A DNA stretch of 63,252 nt, filler included, from Rhabdomonas costata (GCA_019059605.1; 20 parts of 20 records of this genome joined end to end with filler, not necessarily neighbours in it); one strand, 5' to 3'; counted from the first letter of the whole stretch, positions 22,579 to 37,049 are shown. Made by a program: numbers and translations. The notes: generated by a model from the sequence alone, not told the origin.

Positions 22579-25500
22579 CACACTGGTCCCACAAAAAGAA
22601 ACACTACCGAAGGTATGCCCATTTGGATAAATCCAGTGGGGAAAGTCGCGGGAGATATATGGGAGGAGTTAAATGGGGAGAAAGTTGAGGGAAAAGTGGA
22701 ATCAAGAGCAAGAACTGTCGGAGGCAAGTCGGGAAAAAGCACAGCCCGAATATATTACCCCCTGCCCAGCCGAAATGCAAAGCGATGGATAGAAATGAAA
22801 GAGAAGGTCGAACCGGAGGAAAAGAGAGAATGGCAAAATCCACGAGCGAGGCAGTGAAAGAAATGATTCGGAAGGAAATTGGAAAAGAAGAAAGCAGTTA
22901 GTCACCGCAAGCAAAAGGCACAGGAGAAAGGAGATCATCCAGCAAGCAGATAGTAGAAGTTAAAGTGCACCCCAGATATAAGAAGAGAGGTGCCAAAGTA
23001 GACGGGAAAGGCTTGAGGCAAGACAATGGCAAAACAGAAGGCCAAGCTAAAACGATTATAGAAGAGATAAACGCTTGCAATGATAAATCCAATCCTCGAA
23101 GTTTTTTGAGCTTTTGCACATCTAGTACAGACGAGATGAAGACACAGCAGACTGGATGAATTTCACAACGATCGTAGGGAGAATTAAAAGAATAAATCAA
23201 ACTCCGATTTCAAATGATTAGATAAGAGATCCACACAAAAGGTCTGTAATCCGACGTCTAACGTCGGATGATTTAGTATTGAGTTTCCTTTGGGTATATT
23301 TTGTTTTTGTGGTGCTGCTTGGTTGTGAACTGAAAGCTGTTCGCATAATTAAGCAACTAAAAATATCAGCGGATTCTGGCCAAACCGATGTAGAGCGCGA
23401 GTCATGGCTAAATGTTTATCGCTGCGCTGTCTTATTTTGCCTGTGCGTTGGTGCCATTTTTCCTCTTGTTTGACTTGTTTTTTGGTTGTAAAGGAGGACT
23501 ACAGTGTAGAACCAACAAACCTCCAGGACCCCACCTCCAGGAGGAACCCTCAAAAGAATAGGCGTTCGAACTAGCAGCAAGCAGAAGCCACAGCAAGAGA
23601 AGTCCAGCTAAACAGCACAGCTTGCCCAAGACCACGTCCCAGCCTCAGCTAAACATACCTCTCCCACAGCTTGAGCTATCAATAGCGGAGCCAGAGAGCC
23701 CATCGCCACACACACCCTAGCCATAAACAAAAGATATATCTCACGCGGAGACAACAAACCTCATGAAGCCAGACATGTATTAGGATTAACCTCGTTCTGG
23801 GTTTTTACACCCAGTAAATTGCAGAAGCGCCCACATATTGTAAGCAAATTTTGGATACCCACGACCATACGCAAGAGTAAATATGTACGTAACAGGCTCG
23901 GCGGATAGACGGAGTGTTAAAAGTGGTAGAAGATGGTAGAAGATGTTTTGAGCCTAAACCAGTGTGTATGAGTGCAGAGAAGCACCACCTTTCACTTTAT
24001 AGCACGTGGTAGCTTCAGAGTGGAGAACATTCCACAGAACCAGGCGTTACCACCAGATGGTTCCAGTGAAGCCCGGATAAATCCCACATATCAGACGCTC
24101 AGAGCCACGAGGTGGAGAGTCAACGCCAGATAGCGAGGATGTAAAGCCAGAGGCGTCGCAACAGATGTCGCGTGGTAGCAAGGCGATGGATATATAGCAG
24201 TGGAGCAGTCTAAAGTAAGCCTTAAGAAGAGCGTGTAGCACCAATCCCTCTAAATCTCTGTGTGAGTGTGTGTGCGTCCCATGAACCGGGTTGTTTTCCA
24301 CCAATTCAGCGCAAACCTTTACTCTGGTTTATCGAGATATATTAAATATATTGGACTTGTGTTTTCTTTTTGGTCACCAGTTAAAAGATGTAAGGCGAAC
24401 CTCCTACAGATAAACCATCAGCTGCTAAGCCATCGGAGGCCACGTTTCTGGCGCAGATTGTTTCTTTTTTAGCAGATGTGGAAACATCAGCGTGAAAATC
24501 ACCAGCTGAAGCAAGAGTTACTGCAGATCTTAATTTATGCATTGCCGAGTAATTCCTCTGCAAAAGAATAATAGGCGTCAACAAAACGTACATAAATACC
24601 AAATTGGAAGCCTGATGCTTAAGCTTAAAAATAACTGCACGGAGTTCCATTAATACAAAGTGAATGCAGACAATTTCTTACCATTCTTTATTAGGTTTTA
24701 TATTAAGTAGCTATAGTACTCGCCAATGGAGCGCTTGCATTCTTCGCAAGATGTATAGTTTAACAACTGATCCATAGTGCTGGATTTTTCGGTGTCATCC
24801 ACATCAATGCGAGGCGAGGCGAGGTGGGTGAAAGTGAAAGGTGGTGATTCTCCAACTTGCTCCTGTTGGGTCTTCGCCAGCTGAACGGTTCATTCTTGTT
24901 CCTGGCTCAGGGTTCACTATGAGTGTAACGTGGCTAATTGATAGTGAACCGCTACCTTTGAATGGAAATGTGACTATTCCATCGAAAACACCAGCAGTGC
25001 TACACAGTTGTACTTTATATATGGACAATAACAAGGGAGCGACCGATGAAGAACAAAAAAGGACAACTGCACCGTCAGAGCAGTGCCAGGACATTCCAAA
25101 ACCCAAGGACTCACCCAACCCAATGACCCACCGTGGGCGGGACACCACCGACACGGCCCGTGCGGCGCTGAGGATGGATCGGAACACAGGCATTGTGCAG
25201 CAAAGGAAATACGAGCAGAGTACAGTGCAAATCAGGGGAAAGGTCGGACAGCCCACAGTTCNNNNNNNNNNNNNNNNNNNNNNNNNNNNNNNNNNNNNNN
25301 NNNNNTTAATTAATTAANNNNNNNNNNNNNNNNNNNNNNNNNNNNNNNNNNNNNNNNNNNNTGGATTTCAACAATAATTGTTCCATTCACAAAACTATCA
25401 AAAGCTGTGTTTTATTCACAATTCAATGTCCACATTAGTGACGTATGGTAGAAGCTAAATGCGTTGCGCTCGAAAAGCCTCGATTGTATGCGTGTTGTTT

Positions 25501-28500
25501 CCATGAAACAAAGTGTTTTCTAATCGCCGAACCACGTTTTTACCCAACAAAGCGCATTTTACAGCACAGGAGAAACCCACATTTTGTGGAAGTGTGTGTC
25601 AACAGTTCTGTTGGAATGATACACGGAACCAGTGGTAAAAATTAACTATGAAAATGCAGATCCTGATAGCCACTGAATCATCTAAAGCGGTGTGTCACTT
25701 ACCAGCCCATGTCCCAGGCACATCCACCGTCTACGATCTTCTGTCATGTGGCCACGGCGCAGGCTATTCATCAAAACGGCGTTGCTGTTACACTCCTACT
25801 ATATTGCTGAAACACTTAAGTGGATCATACCTCTGGAGGTGGTTGTGCATCTGAATCCTGCTCGCGTTGGACTGTATCACGTGGGCGCTGACTCGACTTA
25901 CCTATGTGACTTGCAAATAGACAGTGGCTTCCATTCTCCACTTCCAGGTGGTCGCTGTTGAGCTGCTTTCCTCGAGTGGCGCCTGTCTGAAATGGTGGTG
26001 TGGCACCTACAACTTGCCTTCACCAAGCCGGTTTGGAATATCGAAACAGCTTTTGCAAACGATGGGAGGAAAGAGGGGTGAGATGCACGTGTGGCTTTGG
26101 GAGGCTGCTCTGGACACAGGTGGACTTCTGGGTTGTTGGATAGGTTCCGCTTGGAGGTTCTCGCCTCTTATGCCCTTGCCATATCTCCACTCAAAGATAG
26201 GGATGTGGAAGGGGCACAAGACATCACACACACCATGTCCTGTGTAAAGTCTGCAGCGTTCCCACCCCCACACTCTGTGCAACTCTACCGCCATCTGTAC
26301 AATCTGCAAGGCACTTCTGATCTCCGCTCGGCTCTGGACTGCGGCTCTGCTGTGGTTCTTTTAGCAACAAAAGGCAAAACAAAATAACCAGAAAAACACT
26401 CTGGAAAACAAACGACCTGACGACGTTTTGTATTTCTTCAACACCTAACGTCAAATTTGAAATCCTAGACAAAATAATTGAGGGACCATCACCATTCAAA
26501 CTGCCGTTGTGTAACACACAAAACTGTCCGTCTTTTCCCCTGCATCCGCTGAGGCCTTGTCTGTAAAATCCTCTGAAATCTCGTCCGCCTCGTCTGTTTC
26601 ACCTGTGAAAACTCTGAAAAACACCGTGGATGCATCCTTCTTCCTCTGAAAAACTCCGAAAACATACCACATGAATAGCTGCATTCGGGCAGTGTGCACG
26701 CATTCCCAATTCCATGCGGCATACCTCCGGTGGCCTAAATCTCTGTCTCGCATCGGGTCTTCTACCAAATGTCACTATATCGGCCATCTGTTAGTATCAT
26801 CTGACACTTCCCTGCTCTGCTCTCTTGCACAGCTGTGGATAAGTAGCCTGGGTTAACGTTGGACCAGGGGCTGACTCACGAGAGGCTGATATTAGACTTT
26901 CGTCTTAGCTCAACTTATTGGCTCTCTTGAAGCAACTTGATGTACTGACTGTCTACCTCTGGAATTAAAAACACCTTGGCGTTACACGCTCCCATGCTAG
27001 GACGAAGAACGTCCCAACATACGGGCTACGGCCAATCAATCATGAAGGTACGTCTTTGGAAAACCGTGGAAAATCACATGTGTAAACTCATCCTCTGAAC
27101 AATCTCTGCAACAGATCTTATTTCATTCACTTTGCAACACGCAGACAACACACACTCTAAAAAGACACCACATCAGGCAAAACGTTCTGGAAAAACGCCA
27201 CATACCATCTGAAAACACCATACGCATATCACATCTTTGGAATCAGTCACAAAACATGAGGTCTGATCAACACCATGTGTGGAAATGATTTTCCATCTCT
27301 AAAAATCTCCGGATATGTGCAACTCTCGAGAACCTCAACCAGGTGGGGTTCCAAAAATATGTAATGTACTTGCTCAACTAATCTTCTCATCTCCATGGCG
27401 TCTGTGGAATGGACCTTCTCTCGTCAAGGGCAAAGTTACTGATAAACTTCTGGTACCGGTCATTTGTGAAACCTTCAACTATGAAACCTGGCAATCCATA
27501 CCCTGAGAACTAAACCACTTCACAGTGGTCTCATTTTCATCTCTCTAGAAACGTTAATTTCCCACATGATGTCCCAAGTGAAATGGGTTTGTAGTCCTCA
27601 CAAAAAACTTGAATGGATGCAACACTTTGCTCTGGACATCTAACGACAACGCACCTGGATGATTTACCTCTTACTCTAGAGCACGCCACTATCCGTGGAT
27701 GGTCTTAAAATCCTACCAATTCTAACTATTTGCTCAGCAACTCAGCCTACTCTGGATTCCACTTAATTATTAACTAATCTGCATTAAAATTCCGCACAGT
27801 CGACTTCAATTTCTGCAAATACTGCCCAAACGTGGTACACTCTTCTTACGGACTGTATTTTAACTAGTAAACCCTGTTTTCTGCATACAACCACCAACTC
27901 AGATCCACCTCGTTAATCAATCAGTATTTGTCATCAAACTCGGGTTTGGAAAGGTATTGTTTTGGTACTCTTAAAGATAAACAAACTGCTCAAAACTACA
28001 CCATTGCCTGGTGTTACTGACATTTTTACAACACAAAAACGTTAGAGAGTCCCAATTTCCAGATAGATAATTTATATTACTCCATGTGTACACCGCTCCT
28101 ATGCCCTTTATCCAGCTTGTTCATGTGGAACTATGGATTCAACAACATCACTTGAGTATTATATGAACTCCGTGTCAATCACCATAATACTCTCTGGATT
28201 GTATACGACTGGGAATTTAAAAACCCACCTCACCATGTCTGCCTCTTTGTTAACTTTTCTCTTGTCTGTATTATTAAATCTACCTCCCGCACATGTCTGT
28301 CACTCTCATTCTTTCCATTAACTGGATGTACATCTGTATCTTCATCATCTCGAGATCCGCTTGTGGATGATGCCAGGGACTCTAGAAAGACTGCTCTGGC
28401 AGCGTCAAAGTACTTCTGCGACAACCACCCCANNNNNNNNNNNNNNNNNNNNNNNNNNNNNNNNNNNNNNNNNNNNTTAATTAATTAANNNNNNNNNNNN

Positions 28501-31500
28501 NNNNNNNNNNNNNNNNNNNNNNNNNNNNNNNNAGACCATTGTAGCTTCCTGCCGGGAAGGAAGGGACAGGAATTCGGGGGCAAGATGAGTGAGGAAAGCC
28601 CGCCCGAACCCTGCGCCCCGACTGCGCATGACTTCAGTACCCGAGCGTTTTCCCAATGCTGGATTGGACAGCAAGAAATCGGTGTCAGAGCACTTTTGCG
28701 CTGTGCTCAAGTGTGCAATTAATGGCTTTGGAAATTCTTATCCTGCTTTGCTTCTCCTCGAGCGGAAGGGAATGGCAGTGAAATCAGTTCAAGAGAGTGC
28801 CCCTTCTTCAGTAATCAGGTTCTCCGGAATTCTCTCGAATAAACAACCCGAGTCACAAAGATCCCAGGCACCTGTCCAAGGTCGCAAGAATTTGAGGAAA
28901 TTAGGATCAAGGTCCACCGTCAAGTGTCCACGTACAAAAGCAGGAAAAAAGCCAAAGTAAAAAAAGCACCTGTCCAAAAAGTCCTCCATACAAGCCGCAT
29001 CTACTCCGTGGTCACCTTCATGGCTAGCAATATCTGGGGATCGGGGGTCCTCCCACCCTCCCACCGCCACTGGGGTCGTGCAGAAACTCAGTGGGCCAGA
29101 GGGTCCCCCCTCCCCTTCAGGGCATGCCTGGGCCAGCTCCACGGCGTGGCCGACACGGAATCGCTGAGCGTCAATAACAGCCCAGCAGTCGGTCTGAAGG
29201 AAGGAAGGAAGAGCACCCTTCCTGAAGTGTGTGATTTGTTTTCAAGGTTTCCAAACACGCAAGCGCGCGCCAAGACAAGAAAACAAAGGGTGTCTTCGTC
29301 ACAACAACAATCATGCATATGACAGCAACAGTGAAGTCAGGTACAGTCGTCTTCTGTCCCCGGTCAACACACACAAACTATGCCGCTTATATACAAAATC
29401 AGGTCACCCCCCCTTTCGAACAGGATTGAACGGGAACAATGCTTTGAAGCGATTGGAAATTAGCGAAACTAGCGACTGCTCTTTTTTCGTTGGTTGCCCG
29501 CCTTGACGTGCGGATAACCATAGCGGTCGTTTTAAATTTCTCCCTCGTTTCAAGGGGCAAAGATTTCATGGTAAACATTCTTTTGGTGATCGGTGGAACG
29601 AAGGGCTACGCCGAAGCAGGCCTCCCGGGGCATGCTTTTGCAGCTGTTTGTCCGTGCGAGTGAAAGTGAAAAGTCAGAGCAGTTTTCGGAAAAATGTTTG
29701 GGTTCTAAGATCCTCCAAATCGCGCATGCAAGACCTCGGCACAGAACGCACAAGATGCAAATGGGGTTTATGTTGACTTTCAACCCTGACACCTGAGCAC
29801 GAATTGTTAACGAAGAAACTTAATGGATGAGGCCTTTCGTGAAAGAAAAAGGAAGCAGGGAGTAATTTCGATTCGTTACCACTCCAAAACATGACGGTGA
29901 TGAGCTGCAGGAGAGGGGGACTCGTAAGACGTGGGGAGCAAAGCGATTCCGCTTTGTGTGCCGCACTGTGTCGAAAAGTTTCGCATTGCTATGCTTTCAT
30001 CGCACAACACACACAGACGCAAACAAGCAAAACATCTGTACCTCAAAATTAAATGGCATACCTGCACTAGCCCGGCACACAGGAATACGAAGGATCACAG
30101 TAATCCACACTCCTTGATACACTGTAACAGTAAATGTAAACATGGCTGTAAAGTGGAGGTAGGCATCACTCCCGAACCCTATAAAACTTATATAAAACCC
30201 TATAAAACTGGGGGTTCCGCCCCCCAGCCCCCCCATGTGTGCATGGCGTCCTAACCCCCTTGCAAGGTAAATACCTCCATCCAAAGTGTGCACTAGGAGG
30301 CGAATCAAATATGGCATTAACAATGCTAAACGTGAACATCCCTATTCCCGCATCAGCGTTCAAACAAACCTCGCCGTGGTAAGCGACAGACTGCAGGGGA
30401 ATCCTCGGAGGCTCCAAGAGATGCTGCACAACTCCTAAACCCGACACCCACAGAAACACCACGCGAATGACACCAACATGGCTTCGAAGTCGAAATCAGC
30501 TGGGCTTCCACATCAGCGCTTCGTTTTTTCCCACAGAAATTACAATCACAATTTTCCAAAGTCAACACTGTAACAAGAGGCAATTAACAGAAAAAACAAG
30601 AACAAGAAAATTGGCAGAATCTGTTTTCATTGGCAGTTCATTGGCAGGAACACAGGGCAGTAAGGTTCTCAAAAATAGAAACGTCAACCACGTTGCCATG
30701 TCTCCGTTCTTCATGAAGTGCAAAGTTGTTGGACAGGATGGTAGTCCCTCCAGCCCGGCCCCCCCTCCCTTCCATTAGATATCGCATTAACAAAATGTAA
30801 TTCTTGACTGAACAAATGAGAGGCTGAGAGGCCGTCCTTGCACCCCCTGGCGGTGGCTCTTCTCGCTGCTCTTTTAATCTCTCCCACTCTCTTGTGCCTC
30901 TTTTTCCCTCGTAGCCTGACAAAATGTCAACACAAATGCGGTGCCCTTCCTCCAGCAGATTCCCGCAGAGCGAGCGCCCGAGATTGCCATGCCATGCAAG
31001 ACACAACCTTTCCCCTTCCCTTCGTTCCAAAATGGCAAGGGACCTTTTTGGTGGCCGCCTGAGAGGCACAGGTCGACGGCGGAAATCCCACTGCGGGATC
31101 CCAGCAGAACCTTGTCCATAACTGCGCTGCCCGAGGTGCGAAGGACGTGAGCCATAGATGTGACGGCGGAACCCATGGCCGCAGAAGAGGGGTAGTGGTA
31201 GAGCTCCGCAGGAGCCGTCTCTGCGCGTGTGCGAGAGCGTGGTGGCTGGGGAGGAACTTCTTAGGAAGAGAACCTCAGAGCAGCGAGAAGCTGGGGAGAG
31301 ATGTTGATGCGGTGGATTTGGTGAGGGGTGGTCCACTGCTGGTGTTAGGTCGATCTCCGTGGAGCCACCGTAAAGGAGCCCTTCTTGGGAAGAAAAGCGA
31401 GCCAAGCGAACACCATTGAGCAGGAAAATTACGCCGGTTGTTGAGCCGGAGAAGCACCCTTCCCTTTAGAAACCAGGTGCTAAGGCAATTTGCTTTGCAC

Positions 31501-32243
31501 ATCGGGAAGTGAGGGGTTATGGACTAGGGTATTTTGACAAGTGAGAAGTCACTTTGGATTGGACTGGGCTGCATTGCTGAGACGTGACGTGACCCAACCN
31601 NNNNNNNNNNNNNNNNNNNNNNNNNNNNNNNNNNNNNNNNNNNTTAATTAATTAANNNNNNNNNNNNNNNNNNNNNNNNNNNNNNNNNNNNNNNNNNNNG
31701 GTGTGGTGGAAGAACAAAGCGTTTCTATGGCTGCATTCCGAGACGGGAAACGGATTTTTCCGAAGGAAATTGTCAATCGTCGCACCGTTCTCGGCACGTG
31801 AGTATATTTCCCTTTTGCCTTTCCCTTCCCCCTTCACGCGAGCCTCATGTTCTATTGTGTTCTGTGCACTCTCTGTACTGCTGTTGTTTGCACCGTATTC
31901 TGACAACCTCAATCAAGCGTTTTACACCGAACACTCACCTGAAGCTTGAAGCTGTTGAACAATAACAATAAAACGTTTTTGGTTCAACCGGTGTCACTGC
32001 CGCGCACGGGCAGTTGTAAACGGTGATATGAGATCGATAGGTCAGAAGAATAGAGTGGTCGTGAGTTAGGACATGAACAGAACATGGCGGACGCATAACG
32101 TCCGTACTCCCACACAGAATTCTCCCTCACGAAACCATTTTTTCCAACCTTCTGTTGAACCCACTCACACAGCACTTGTCTGCCACGCACCCTGATTCCC
32201 CAAAGTGAACCCAGTTCGCAGATAGTTGTGCATCGACACCACC

Positions 32244-32652
32244 CGAAATTTGGCTTGTTATTTTTCAATTCGTCTTTTGTGTGAAACAAGGCTTCAACAG
32301 GCGCAGGCGCAGGCAAAACCCGTTCCCGGTCTGAGATGATGAAGTTGTTCCAGACGAACGACGTCACGCTGTCCTCCGAATCCCTACGGACATCTTTCTC
32401 GGGCACAATCTTCACCACTCCCTCCCCGTCGGGAACGCTTGTGAACACCACCCGATACTCACGGCTATCAGGAAGAACTGCTTGGACAGTGCCGGAGTAG
32501 TACAGTCCATCGGAGCCATAAATGGCGAAGACGGTGTCCCCCACCCCAATTTCTGTAGGCTCGTTCGCCTCTGATGGTGGGGAAGGAGCAGGAGTTCCCG
32601 AGCTGAATGACCTCACGGATATGGATTTACGCAGCAGCGAGCGAACGTGCAT
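32244..32652 (-). CDS. Tudor-domain protein with an Arg/Ser-rich N-terminal presequence (first exon; frame stays open to 31984)
   Basis: MHVRSLLRKSISVRSFSS, a Pro-rich linker, then IGVGDTVFAIYGSDGLYYSGTVQAVLPDSREYRVVF, matching the SMN-type Tudor pattern VGD.x.A.x..DG.xY.x.I.....x.V.F. Confidence 0.75.
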
Positions 32653-32709
32653 CGCTACCACCCGTCGAGGGAAACGTGAAAGCATTGAAACCGAAAATAA
32701 TTGGCAAAG

Positions 32710-34449
32710 CTGTTGCGGAGCAGCACTTCACATCCCAGGAGAGGATTGACGCGTGTGACAAGGTCGTCCCCCATGCGGAGTTCTTCGACTGGGAGAAGGG
32801 CTCCCCTCACATCATCCAAGTACGCTCGCACGCTAGGCGTCCTGCACTGTGGTTCTGCCGCACTGCATTCAATTGCTTCCCAAAAATAAAGAAGAGGGCC
32901 CAAAAGACAGCGACAACGGGCCAGAAATTCTAGTTGGCTGGTGAAGATTCCCGAAATCATATCGAAAACATCTGAAACGTAAAGCAGGACTCGATAGGCC
33001 ACCTGTAGTGGGCAACCCGCCTGTTGTGAGCCCTCTTCCGTTGGATCACGCCGGCCGCGGAGCACGGGCATTGCCTCCTGATTGGGATGGTTGTGCATCA
33101 AAGACATGGGCACCCTGCACGGGACCATAAAGCAGGTTATATTAAAAATATTCGAAGATTGCAGGCTGACAGCAGGTTCATCTGACCCCGTTTCTCTCGT
33201 TCTCTCGTCGGTCACCCCCGCAGGTCAAGGATAGCAACCGGTGGTGTGACCTGCAATTCCTGTTGTCTAACAAGCTGAACCTGAGCCAGCTGGGTAGACT
33301 GTGGATCCTCTCTCGGAGGCACCACCAGACCCCGCGGCCCGACAAGCTGGTGCCTCGCCCCAACTCTCACCCCAAGTTCTCTCATCGACGTCATGCTTCC
33401 TTTGGCTTGTTTGCGCAATAAGCATCCAGAGATGATGAGATTAATACGTTATCACACAAGCAGTGTTCTTTGCAAGCAAGTGACATGGGAAGCAAAGAAA
33501 GGCAGAATGCTTCTATAGCAGGAAGCAATCAGGAGCAGAAAGGGATCAGCGCAGTGTCTGTCTATAAATAGTCTGCAAGAGGCATCCGATGAAGGGAAAG
33601 GGTGGGTGGTGTGGGAAGGAAGAAGGGAAGGGATGATCAGACGGGGCAGACAGTTGAGCTCAAGACACTGTGCCCAATCCTGCATGGTTTTCCGTCCTTC
33701 CACCAGTTTGACTTTCCGTCATGTTGGGAGGGGGGGGGTGACCAGATCTCCCCTCCTGCGGAGACGATGTGCCTGAAGGACGTCTTCGGGGATTTCATGT
33801 GCAAGCGCAGCGGGATCGATCTCTTTGTAGAGCCTGCGCGGCCCCTGGTGGACCACACGGACACAGGCTCCCGGGAGACGATCTTGTTACTGTTCCGGCA
33901 CTACGAGCCTCACTCCGAGGTACGGGTGGGCGTGGCGCAAGCGTTTGTGCGGGGTTGGCGAAAAATGACTCACCACATTGGTGATTCCGTCTGCGGGATG
34001 GGCATCTGGCCGACCAACTGCAATGATCTGCCTCTTTTGTTTGAAAGGAAAAGTTCGACGTGTAAAGCATTGTAGCTGAGACGATGAGATGTGCTGAACC
34101 AGTGACAAATCAAGTCATTGTTTCATTGGCGAGCAAACTTGCGACCGAATCCCGGCTGCTCTGACCTGGACGGGTCGCAGAGTTTTGGCGGGAAACCTGC
34201 TCTCATTGAAGTCTCCAGCCCCAATCTACAAACTACAAACCACAAACTTCATGCACAACGACCTTCTCTCCAAACACATGCATTGTGGTGTCTCAGGGAG
34301 TTTTTATCCCAAGGCACTGCCTTTTATCACAGGTGCTAAGCTTTGTGGGTCACGGGCTTCCAAGCGTTGAGACGAAGGCGGGGGCTCTCATTCCGGTGCT
34401 GAACGCGGCCATTGGGCAGCCACCGGGCGATCCCCTGCTTCTCTATGAG
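32710..34449 (+). CDS. USP7: USP7/UBP12-like deubiquitinase, C-terminal UBL region; exons ~32710-32819, 33224-33349, 33746-33919, 34333-34449
   Basis: Spliced: RLWILSRRHHQTPRP...DLFVE...ILLLFRHYEPHSEVLSFVGH...LIPVLNAAIGQPPGDPLLLYE, which follows the USP7 UBL1-2 motif order. Three in-frame GT-AG introns. Confidence 0.8.
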
Positions 34450-35081
34450 GTGCCTTTGCCACACATTTTCTTTGATGTTTCTGGTATTATTTTTTACAAT
34501 TGATTTTGCCAAAAGGGAGTTAGGTTTAACCCCCGCTCCGTCCCCTGGTTTCCCTCCGATGCATTTTTTCGGGGGGTGGGGGTGTTACACGTTTTAACTG
34601 TGGTAAAAGATAAGGCTCAAAATAATGCTGGTGCGCTCCACTCACCACAAAACCCCCCTCATGTGTGGCTTTGCAGCGCATTACTACGAAATTTCCCCCA
34701 GCCAACGTTACCGCCTCAGCCGCCCGCAACACACCGTTTGACCCACCACCACCAAAACACCAACACANNNNNNNNNNNNNNNNNNNNNNNNNNNNNNNNN
34801 NNNNNNNNNNNTTAATTAATTAANNNNNNNNNNNNNNNNNNNNNNNNNNNNNNNNNNNNNNNNNNNNTTGGGTTTCCGACCTCGGTCCATTCATGTCCAT
34901 TTGCAAAATGTTTCGGAATGATGCACCGCAGCGGCGGGTTGGGGTCTTGATCAGTGGAGATTGCATCACAATTTTTGTCACATATACTCTCGCTTTTTTT
35001 TTTCTTTTCTATGCTATGATTTTAGGTAACTTATTCCCATTTTGTTTTTTGTTTTTCCCTTTCTTTTTTTTGTGGTGCGTA

Positions 35082-36487
35082 GACGTCATTCGCGCCTCTA
35101 ATAACAGCAAGCCCAGCGCGCCCGATATGGCGCTGCAGTACTCCGGGGCCGGCGAGCTTTGCGAGCTCTCGCTTACAGTGTCGCAGGTTGTTGAAGTCCC
35201 TTCTGAGGCGCTGGAGGCCTTCATCGCGAACTTCGCGGTTCGCTTCCAGCTGAACCTCCGGGACCTTTCGGACCCCAGCACCTTCTGTCCTGTCCACACC
35301 ATAGGGCTGATCATCACCTTCCTCCGCCAGGTCTCACACACCCCTCATAGGGAGCTTCACTAACCTCATCGTAAGCAGAGTTATTGAACGATGAAGAGGG
35401 GAAGAAGAGGGGAGTGGTCAAACGATCAATAAATCTCCGAGAAGCTCGATTTCCCGTGTCTCTTCTGCAACCGCCTTCCTCCTGACTGTATTGTGTCTTC
35501 AGGTAACCCAGTCGCTTCCCCTGCTGGTTTTCCGAGTGAGAGGCCTGGTGGCGCGGGTACGCCGTATCCAGGCCTGGTTTCGCCGTACTCTGCGCGCCCG
35601 TGACGAAACCATTCGGCAGGTTTGTGACGGTTGTTAGATGAAAGCCCATTGCACGTTTTCCATCACAGACAGTGCACCCCAATTCCCTTTTTTGGGGTTG
35701 GTACTGATTCCTTCCCGGTTGTTGCCGCCATTGCCGTCACTAGAGATCTCGCTGTAGATGGATTCCGGCGATTCCTTCGACGAAATCGAGATTCCCGTGC
35801 GGGCGCGAGTTTCGTTTGTGTATCAGCATAACGTGAGGGGTGAAATGCTTCTGTTTCGTTGTATTTTTTTTTGCAGGTTTTCGAGCATTGGTTGGAGTGG
35901 GATATGACACAAAAGAGGACTCTTCACGCGGAGCTGTACCGAGACAGCAGGTGCTGTTGCAACTTCCTTTTATGTGTCGCCTTTTTGGATTGCAGTGGTG
36001 TCCTTTCCACAAAAAAAATATTCCGGGAGAATGTTACCATCAGAACCGGGGCCCCGAGCAGACGCACAGACGCGCAGGCGCACGCCTCTGTTTCGCCTGA
36101 TCCCTTGCCCTTGTTGCACCCTACAGCCATTGTTGGCCATGTTGTTGGCTTTTTCTCGCTTCCCGGCACGCTTGTTTGCGGTGGGTATGACATTGATGAT
36201 GTTTCGAATATCTCGAAAAATAACTCAAAGCACACAGAAGAACCGCAAAGGCAAAGAGTTAGCGCAAACGTGCAAAGAATCTTTTATGTGCCGTAGAAGT
36301 GATGTAATGTGTGGTGAGTCACAGCACGAAAGTGCCACGGTGCCTCTGGGAAAAGGTTAGGACGCCTTCATATCGCAGAATGTTTGGCCCTCTCGCGGTT
36401 CGAGCCCGACTGAAGACCTACACGGAGCTTCACAACAGAACGGAGGCCATGCATGCCGCTGTGGTCGCTCTGTACTGGGAACGAAGG
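35082..36487 (+). CDS. Hypothetical protein, three internal exons (~35082-35330, 35877-35950, 36379-36487)
   Basis: In-frame GT-AG joins: ...GLIITFLRQ|VFEHWLEWDMTQKRTLHAELYRDSR|MFGPLAVRARLKTYTELHNR.... No family recognised. Confidence 0.55.
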
Positions 36488-37049
36488 TCCCAGCTCACCC
36501 TCTTCCCCCACTTCCCTTCTCGTCCACTCACCCATCTGGCGATTCATTCCCTGTTTCTGCTTTATGATGTCCTGAAGAACACAATTTGCCACTATCGCTG
36601 CCACCAAGTTGCCTTTCTTTCGATATGTATCATGGGCGTTGAAATCATCATTAATTCAATTGGATTGTATATATTACTATTATTATACAATCGGTGCTCC
36701 GAATAAATATCCCCCCGCCCCCCAATAACTCGCTGACGGATATGTAGAGAGAGATGCAGGCAAAAAGGCGAGATGTGTGCGAGGTCCGGGGGACCATTTC
36801 GATGCCGCAAACGATTCACTCTTCTGTGTTTCATTGTATGTGATGGACTGATTCCTTCGCAGTGATGCGTGATGACTGGACACTAGGGGGTAGATCTCCG
36901 TTAATGGGTAGGGAGGGGGGGCAAGTTCGTTAGGAGCGCCATTATTATACTATTGTGCCTCTTGGGCAGGACGTGCTTTCCCCTCGTTTGGAAATGTTGA
37001 CAAGAAGCCCTCGACTATGGGTGGGTGGAGGGGAACGGTGCCTGGGATG

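Noticed and set aside
25362..28432. Contig as a degenerate transposon or viral insert
   Set aside because: AT-richer and without clear exons, but I could not recognise any diagnostic motif.
30638..31405. 255-aa minus-strand ORF
   Set aside because: No recognisable domain; composition typical of a chance GC-rich frame.
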